A DNA stretch of 64,000 nucleotides, taken from the NCBI GenBank assembly GCA_050230475.1, contig JBFLGF010000133.1, positions 1 to 64,000 on the forward strand, written 5' to 3'. The stretch is from Ancylonema sp. (taxonomy: Eukaryota). The position numbers and the translations under genes are program-made. A model generated the notes under the pieces. It had not been told where the DNA came from, did no database searches, and worked only from the letters and a program-made list of their open reading frames with translations. Position 1 is the stretch's first letter; every line of letters starts with the position of its first letter. Below are positions 56,140 through 64,000 of the stretch, piece after piece.

Positions 56140-59100
56140 TATATCGGATAGCCATGTTTGCAAGTGTGCTAGTCCGGACTACCGGTTAGTGTAACCGGTA
56201 GGATTCCTAGGGTGTGCTTATATTGAGGGGCCGGACTTATGTCCCGGCACCCGAATAGGACGTTTCGATTGTGCCGTTTGTAGCACGTGCGGTCTAGATG
56301 GTTCCGAATCTAGACGTTATGTCTTGTCACACTGTCCGGCATGTGCCGTTGTCAGGATCTGACTGTTGTTATGTTTATGATAGGCCGACGGTCCGCAGAT
56401 ACGACCGTCGGCACGCTTTGTAGATTCTTGTTTTGGACGAGGCATCGTGGTATACCTACACGATGCCGACCATTCAATAATAATTCTTCCAACACAATAC
56501 TTGTCATTGTCTTTGAGAGACGAAGTTCCTTGTACGGAAAGATTCACACGATTCACACGATCTTGCACATCACGTAAACATCGCTAAAAGGCTCGACTTG
56601 CTACACGTTCACACACACCTTTCGATGCATCCAAATCCCTAGCTTATGCAGCATTCTCATCTGATGCACGGATTACCATGGCAGCAGGAACTGATTGCTC
56701 GCATCTGTGGCTAGATTCAGGCTCGACCGATCACGTCTTCACAAACAAAGACCACTTCGTCGAGTACGACACCAACGTCCCGATGGCATTCATTCATCCA
56801 CACGGCTGATGGCACGCCTCACAAGGTCGAGGGGACAGGCTTCGTGCACGTGCGAGTGAAGAACGACGACTCCTTCTTCGTCATCCCTCTCACTGCTCTG
56901 CACGTCCCGACATTCGCTGCGACCCTAGTGTCCACCGACTGCCTCGTCCAGAGAGGTGGGCTGAGCTTTGCCCATACCCCACATGGTCCTAAACTGACTA
57001 AGAATGGACCGAAATGGGCTGATGCCAGCAGGCAGAGGAATGGTCTGTCATTGCTGCATGCATCTATCATCATGCCTGGTTCATCTGGTCTGCAAGCAAA
57101 TCTGTCCATAGGCATGCTCTGGCATGGCAAGCTGGGTCACCCTGTTGTTCCAGCCATGTCAGACATGGCCAGACGTGGAGACATACCGAGATTGAGTCAG
57201 GAAGAATTGACTGAAGTTAGAGATTGTGAGATTTGCTGTATGGGGAAAATGGGACAGATGGGGCATGCAATGGCTAGCGATGATGTGGCCACTATGCCAA
57301 GAATGGGAAGGTTGCATCTAGATCTGATAGGTCCTTTTGGTGTCAGATCAATGCACGGAGGGTTTGATTATGCACAGACTGGGATAGAGGTCAATTCTAG
57401 ATTGTCAACAGTATCTCTTCTCAAGCACAAGAGCGATGCTCTCAGCCAAACGCGCATCACTGTACAGAAACTGGAGGTTGAGTGAGGACTGCCGTTAAAG
57501 TCGATCACAGATGGAGGAGGGGAATATACCAGCAAGGAGTGGAAAGGCTATTGTGAGGATAAAGGCATCAAACATGAACTACTGATTGCCCCCTATAGTC
57601 CCCAGCAGAACGGCATGTGTGAAAGATTGAACCGACCACTGATGGAGAAGATGAGATGTTTGCTGATGTGGTTTAAACTGCCTAAATCATATTGGGATGT
57701 GGCATTGATGCATGCAAACTGGCTAAGGAACATGACCCCCACTACTTCATTGACAGGGGGGATACCTATTGAGAAGTGGACGGGACGCCAAATCAAACTG
57801 GACAGAAGTCACACATTTGGCAGCCTAGTGCAGTATTTAAAAGTTGGGCATGATAAAAACAAACAAGGGGACAAGTATGCTGCCACGACTGCTTTTGGGG
57901 TATTCATTGGGCTGGCAGCAGATCAAGCTGGTTACTACATCTTCGACCCGCTCAGAGCCGGTGTGATGGTGCGGACAAACGTCCATTTCTTTGAGGAAGT
58001 GCCGGGGTCCCCGAGACTCATCGGGGGGAGAGCTCCCTAGGTCGAGGCCAAAGCAGATGGACACTTTTTCCAGCTGTTCCCCGACACGGATGATGAGCCT
58101 AAGGCTGGGGGGTGCCAAGACAAGCAACAGTTACAGCAGCAACGCCTGCAGCAGTGCCAGCAGCAGTGCCAGCAGCAGAGCCAGCAGCAATGCCAGCAGC
58201 AGCAGCCGCCCACAACAACCCAAGAGCCCAGATCCCAGCATTACAATTTCCGCCACCACCAGCTGCTGAGGTCCCCATCGCTGTGATTGAGCTGTCTGAC
58301 AGCCAATCTGGGATCAACAACGTAGGTGTGGCACAGGCGCGGAGGGAAGTCCAAGGAGGGGGAGGAGAGGGGGGACAAGGGGTGAATGCTGAGAGCATAG
58401 CTGAGAGAGTAATGGGAAGGAGGAGGGCAAACTTTGCCCACTTTGGGGATGTCCTCTGATACGATGGGGAGGAGTTCGACGACCAGGCGCTAGAAGCAGC
58501 CATTCAGGACGAGGAGTGGGAGGCAACATGCTTCTTCACAGGCTTCAACGGCCCCTCTGACCCTAGATTCTGCATGGTGGCCATGTCTGCTGACTCCTCC
58601 GACCCTCTGACGCTGAACCAGGCCATGACGAGGCCAGACTGGGATCAGTGGTTAGCTGCTATCCAGGAGGAGCTGAAAAGCTTGGGGGAATTCAATACCT
58701 TCGAGGTGTGTGAACTTCCACGAGGTAAAAGGGCTGTGGGGTGCAAATATGTATTCAAAAAACCAAATACACACCCACGGGAACCCTTGAAAGATATAAA
58801 GTCAGATTGGTCGCTCAGGGTTCTACAACAAGAAGGAGTTGATTATAATGAAATATTCGCACCTGTAGTAGATAGTACCTCTATATCTCTTCTACTAGCT
58901 ATTGCGAATCAGGAGGGTTGGGAAATTGAACAAATGGATGTGGTGATTGCTTTCTTGCACGGAAGACTCACCGAAGAAGTATATATAAAAATTCCACCAT
59001 TCATGGAGATTGAAGGAGGGGCTCAGGGAAAAGTTTTGAGAATGAGGGGGGCACTATACGGACTGAAACAAAGTAGCAAGGTCTGGGGTGAGATGTTCTC

Positions 59101-61285
59101 AGCCTTCATGCTCAGTATAGGGTTCAAACAGTGCATTATGGACACATGCATATACACCAGGGGGACAGGACAGTCACGAATCATAGTGGGGATACATGTA
59201 GATGACCAGGTGATAGTTGGTCCAAACACCATGGTCATTCAAGCATTCAAACAGGAACTGTCTGGAAAATTTAAAATGAAGGATCTCGGGGCCCTAACCC
59301 ATATCATCCTGGGGGTGGAAGTGAAAAGGGACAGACAACAGGGGGTGCTCACGTCGTTGCATCAGGGGAGGTTCATAAAGCAAGTTCTGGAACGTTTTGG
59401 CATAGCAAACTGTAACCCTACAAAACTACCCTTACCACCACCTGGGCTGACATTTCACCAAGAAGATGAACCTCTAACCCCCCCTACACTTGAACAGATA
59501 ACTGAATTCCGGGGAAAAATTGGGTCACTCATTTATGCAACGAAACACACCAGACGATATTGCGCATGCATTGGGGGTACTGGCAAAACACATGGGGAAT
59601 CCTGAGACTGCTCACATCAAGGCCTTACACCAATTGTTCAGATATTTAAGGGGAACAGTGGATCACGGAATATGCTACGTGAGGAGGAAGAGGTTAGAGA
59701 TCAGGGGGTACTGTGATGCTAGTTGGAACAGCTGCAGTATGACTGGGAAGTCGGTCACAGGGTGGGTCACTACTGTTGTGAGCTAGAAGTCACAGAAACA
59801 ATCTACAGTCGCACAGAGTACGGTACAGTCGCACAGAGTACAGCAGAGGCTGAGTATATTGCTGCCTGTAGTGTGTCTAAGGAATGCTGTTACCTAAAGT
59901 CGCTCCTGCATGAGCTCAAACTCCCTAATGAAATCAGAGTTTACAGTGACTCAACAGCCGCACTCTCAATGATCCAGAACCCAGTCCAGCGCCAGAAGGC
60001 CAAGCATTTCAATGTGGTGTACCACTGGGTGAGAGAGTGAAGTATGTGTATCTGGCAGGGGCCAATCAACCAGCCGATATGTTCACTAAGGCTCTTCCAC
60101 AGGTCTTACTTGACAGACACGGAAAGTTCATAGGTTGTGGGAGGGTTCACTGAAATGGGGGTGCACAATAAGTTCTAGGGGTTTCGGCTGCCATGCTATG
60201 TTTGGCAGGGGGTGTATGTTCTGTGATCCTTCTTGCAGAATGCACCTGTGGAGGGCTTTCAACGCTTGTCTATCCAGCTAAGTCACCCCACTCTTTTTCT
60301 GCCCTGAAAACACTTAAGGACACCCTGAAAAGTTGCAGATCTGCTCATCTAGGTTTGTGAATTCTGGCATATGTCTCGCCATTCATATTATGTATGTTGT
60401 GTGAAAATTTCAGTTATTTTGATGAAGTTTTGAGAAAGTTATGAAGTTTTGAGAAAGTTGTGAATTTTTGAGAAAGTTGTGAAGTTCTGAGAAAGTTGTG
60501 AAGTTTTGAGTATTTCAAGTTATTCGGAGAAAATTGCAGAAGGTTGACTTGTTGGTCATTTTTGTATTGCCCTAACTTGTGGTATTTGTTTGTATGTTCA
60601 GGGCTCCGGCTCGAAAAAACGACTAAGGATATGGAGCTATCGATTTCTGGAGTTCCGATCGGCTTCCGATCGGCTGTGATTTTAGATAGGGCCCCCTAGC
60701 ACATTTGTATGCTAGGGAAGACCACTATCACATGGGCTATGCAATGGTTTCGCCATCTTAGCTGTAGATAGGGTAGTCCCTTGGTGCTGACTCAATGCCA
60801 AACTTGGCATGGCATCCGAGGGTGTGTAGGAATTATATCGGATAGCCATGTTTGCTAGTGTGCTAGTCCGGACTACCGGTTAGTGTAACCTGGTAGGATT
60901 CCTAGGGTGTGCTTATATTGAGGGGCCGGACTTATGTCCGGGCACCCGAATATGGTTTCGATTGTGCCGTTTGTAGCACGTGCGGTCTAGTGTCTAGATG
61001 GTTCCGAATCTAATGGTTCCGACTTGTCAGACTGTCCGGCATGTGCCGTTGTCAGGATCTGACTGTTGTTGTGTTATGATAGGCCGACGGTCCGCATATA
61101 CGACCGTCGGCACGCTTTGTAGATTCATGTTGTGTACGAGGCATCGTGGTATACCTACACGATGCCGACCATTCAATAATTATTCTTCCAACACAATATT
61201 TGTCATTGATCATCTTTGAGAGACGAAGTTCCTTGTACGGAAAGATTCACACGATCTTGCACACCTATCACGTAAAATCGCTAAA
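56140..61285 (+). mobile_element. Ty1/copia element B (same family as A): LTRs 56140-56590 and 60825-61285, gag deleted, PR-IN-RT-RNase H degenerate
   Basis: Both LTRs match 47544-48000, and the internal region is collinear with A. RT MDVVIAFLHG..LYGLKQS..HVDD; RNase H GYCDASW, AEAEYIA and ADMFTKAL. A 19-bp tandem repeat lies at about 60422-60510. Confidence 0.92.
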
Positions 61286-61474
61286 GTTTTCGTAGAACTC
61301 TTGCTCCTTGGTGTCATAATGCAGTGTATGGTACTGCTGGGGGATTCTGTATGTGCCCCCCCTCCGCTCAATGCTCTGAGTAGTGGGGTCTGTTTCCTAG
61401 CGAGGGTGTGATGGAACCGACATAGGAAGGGTATCGATGTACGAGGGTAAATTGTGAGACGCCATGAGAATGCC

Positions 61475-61609
61475 ACCTAACCAGACTGACATATTTTTGT
61501 CCTCGGTGCGACCAATGAGTTGACAGCGTGCACTAATGGTAATGCCTGGTGCAGCCGTGTCGCCATCCTCAAATCCCATGAGGCGTTCTCGTTCCCAAAT
61601 GTTTGGTCT
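61475..61609 (-). pseudogene. C-terminal fragment resembling C5 cytosine DNA methyltransferase motifs IX-X
   Basis: RPNIWERERLMGFEDGDTAAPGITISARCQLIGRTEDKNMSVWLG resembles the ExxRLMGFxxxxT....R...(L/I)G pattern. No catalytic PC motif is visible. Confidence 0.6.
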
Positions 61610-62192
61610 TAGGCATATGTAGCTTGTCATCAGGTTGACTCGATGGTCGACGCAACTATTTTCCGAACCACCCATCATTTCTCGTCTGACTCACAAAATA
61701 TATGTACGTGATTGGCTTATTTATTGCCACGGGCTATCGGCGGATAGGATAGCCGGCGATATTTCGTCTGGAAGTACCACGTTGGCACCACCACATTGAT
61801 CGACATAGATCATGTGGCTACCCACCATACATCGCTCGACGTTAACAAGAAACAATCACCACCGACCCAGTAGGCCCCTAGGCTTCCTATGCCTACGAGG
61901 CCTACTGGACCCACCCATAAATTGAAACCGTCACTATCTGCGGAGTCCAAACGTTGTGACCTCCGCCTGTCCCGCTCTCCCCAGGAATCACTCCCCACTA
62001 CTCCGCCTGCAGCCCCGCAAACAGCCGTGAGACTCGTGAGTCCACCGTAACCCCAAGTTGCCAAATACTCGAATGGGGGTCTCAACAAGCCATGATTTTT
62101 TCTCGGTGTCTGAATGATTAAATGAACACTGTGCTTGGGTGTTTTCGACCTGACACGTATTCTACAAGTTGCAGGTCGTCTGCCACGTCATC

Positions 62193-63850
62193 ATGGCGAT
62201 CCGCGCATGCCTGTTTACTTCCATCCTCCTTCTCTCCGCCAGTCTTGTAAAAGCTGATTTTGAGGGTGAGTAAGCAGGATTTGTCGGAGGTACTCTGAAC
62301 TTCCTTGTCCCCTTGCTCTCTACATTTTTGAGAAATCGGAATCATTGGTTATTTCCGCAAGATCTTCAGTCTGTGCGATTCTTTTGAGTCGGAGTGAAGT
62401 ATTTGGTGGACATTCTCATGTCTGAGTCCCATTTTATGACCGCAGGCCGCCAGCTTTTGACCGAGGATGACTACCACACTGACAAGACTCGCCGCATCCG
62501 GGCCGCCGGCTTCACATGTGATGACGTAGTCGAGATTACAATTGACGAGATCCAAGTGCTCTTCTTCAACAAGGTCCTCACCTCGGTCGCGTTGGTCGAG
62601 AGCTACCTTCAGCGCATTGCGGACTACAGCGATCCCGCGACTTTCAATCCGACTAAGGGTCGGCTTGACTTCACTTAGTTTCCCTCCCCCCTCCCCCCCG
62701 ATCTCTCCCTCTCACTCATTTTTCTTTACCCCTCAGTTTCACATCTAGATCTTCCTCCCTGCGTTGCTTTTGCTTTGCAATCGTATTGCTCGAACTTCAA
62801 ATGGAGGAAACCATTGGGATACTTATCAGACACAGCGGGAACCTTCTCCGACCTCTACACTACCTCCTAGACTCATCCTTTCATCCGTACATGTCGCAGG
62901 CTGCTATCCGGTGAATGCCATCCTCGAGAAGAATCCGATCGTCTTCAAAGTGGCCAAGCAAAAGGATCTGGCGTATGCCGTCAAATGCAAGAAAGCCAAG
63001 TCCCCTGCCTGCTTGGGACCCATGCACGGGATTCCCGTCATACTGAAGGACAACGTAGCTGCTGACTACATGCACAACACCGCAGGTGGGGCATTCGCGG
63101 CTAATATACCCACTTATATCTGGAAATAACAAATATGCAATTATCAATCAATCAACCAATCAAACAAACAAATAGTAATCAATAAGACAGATAACATTCA
63201 CTTGGACGGTTTACAATCCTGCTGCGGGTGCGCAGAACGAGGCATACTCCGTATGTAACGCTGTGCGCACATTCTTATTCATGCACTGTCCCTATCTCCT
63301 CCAGGCTCGTACGCCTTCCTAGGCTGCAATCACGTGCAGTCCACCATTGCCGTGAAACTTGCCAAGGCGGGAGCCATCATCTTGGCCAAGGCTGGGATGA
63401 GCGAGTGGGCCAACTACCGTGGCCAGTCCGTCTCCGGTTGGTCTGGAAGAAATGGACAAGTGGCGGTGAGAACACATACACGGACATTGACGTGGACATC
63501 AAATTCCTGTTGATGATAACGAATTATTCTTAACTGTGTAGTGGACCTTTTTTTATGCTCAGTAGGAGTGGCTTCGGGTCCCGATTCAAGTCTTTTGTAT
63601 GGACACAGTTCCCAGATCAAGATCACTTTTTATCATGGTACACAAATCTGACATCCTCTTCCCCATTTCCACATTTTCTCCTTTCCAGTCTCCGTATGTC
63701 CACTACGTGCTACGCAACATCACAGTTTTCCCCTCCCCCTACCCCAACATTCCGGTTGCCATCGCCCCCGGGAACTACACCAACGTCCTCAACCCCACGA
63801 TTGTATCCGGCTCCTCCTCCGGATCTGCCGCCGCTGCTGCAACCAGTCTC
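62193..63850 (+). CDS. Secreted amidase-signature family protein, 5' part (continues beyond the window)
   Basis: In-frame exons 62193-62265, 62446-62658, 62900-63085, 63305-63465 and 63689-63850. Signal peptide, GPMHGIPVILKDN, AGAIILAKAGMSEWANYR, SGWSGRNGQ and SGSSSGSA. Confidence 0.9.
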
Positions 63851-64000
63851 GTGAGAATCAGTCACCCTTCTTCCAGATTATCGCAATATGCGATATATCA
63901 GATTATTGCCCTCTGAATTTGGTGTGTTTGAACACTATTCAAGTACCATTGTATATGGTGTCATGTATTCCCGTGAGGGGCATCTACGTAATATGTCAAG

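Larger units (their letters stand above)
52603..61680 (-). mobile_element. Ty3/gypsy element B: DNMT-like remnant, RT, RNase H, integrase and PHD finger, PPT 52807-52818, 3' LTR 52603-52806. Interrupted by copia B; 5' end missing.
   Basis: RT (DYRPIH..DRYPLPKI..KMDLKQGYHEI..PYGLKNAP..YIDD), RNase H (TDWS, TDHAPL), integrase (HNRYGH..CTAC, WGID, ITDQGSEF) and PHD. GGGGGGGGAGAG is followed by a TGA...TCA-bounded 204-bp segment. Membership of 61286-61680 is inferred. Confidence 0.85.

Overview
Intron-rich eukaryotic nuclear DNA, most likely from a streptophyte (charophyte-type) green alga. This is inferred from the plant-type gene set and the transposon types; the species cannot be read from the sequence. 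Host genes rebuilt by hand from GT-AG exons: chloroplast CPN10, a TBL/PC-esterase, an F-box/Sel1 protein, a DUF4336 protein, a SIP aquaporin, a DUR3-like transporter with two in-frame stops, plastid peroxiredoxin IIE and the 5' part of a secreted amidase. There is also a small ORF with two ZF-HD-type zinc fingers behind a hydrophobic N-terminus. The first retrotransposon zone (about 6.5-15.4 kb) holds an RT-less Ty3/gypsy element with an apparent Tf1-type self-priming PBS, a -1 frameshift signal and a copied 170-bp flank. The second zone (47.5-61.7 kb) is a copia/gypsy/copia nest with an inversion. Its gypsy element carries a PHD finger after integrase and, upstream of RT, a remnant resembling the C-terminal motifs of a C5 cytosine DNA methyltransferase, which is the top lead. 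Several MITEs and many microsatellites are present. Family names rest on motif recognition only; no searches were run.
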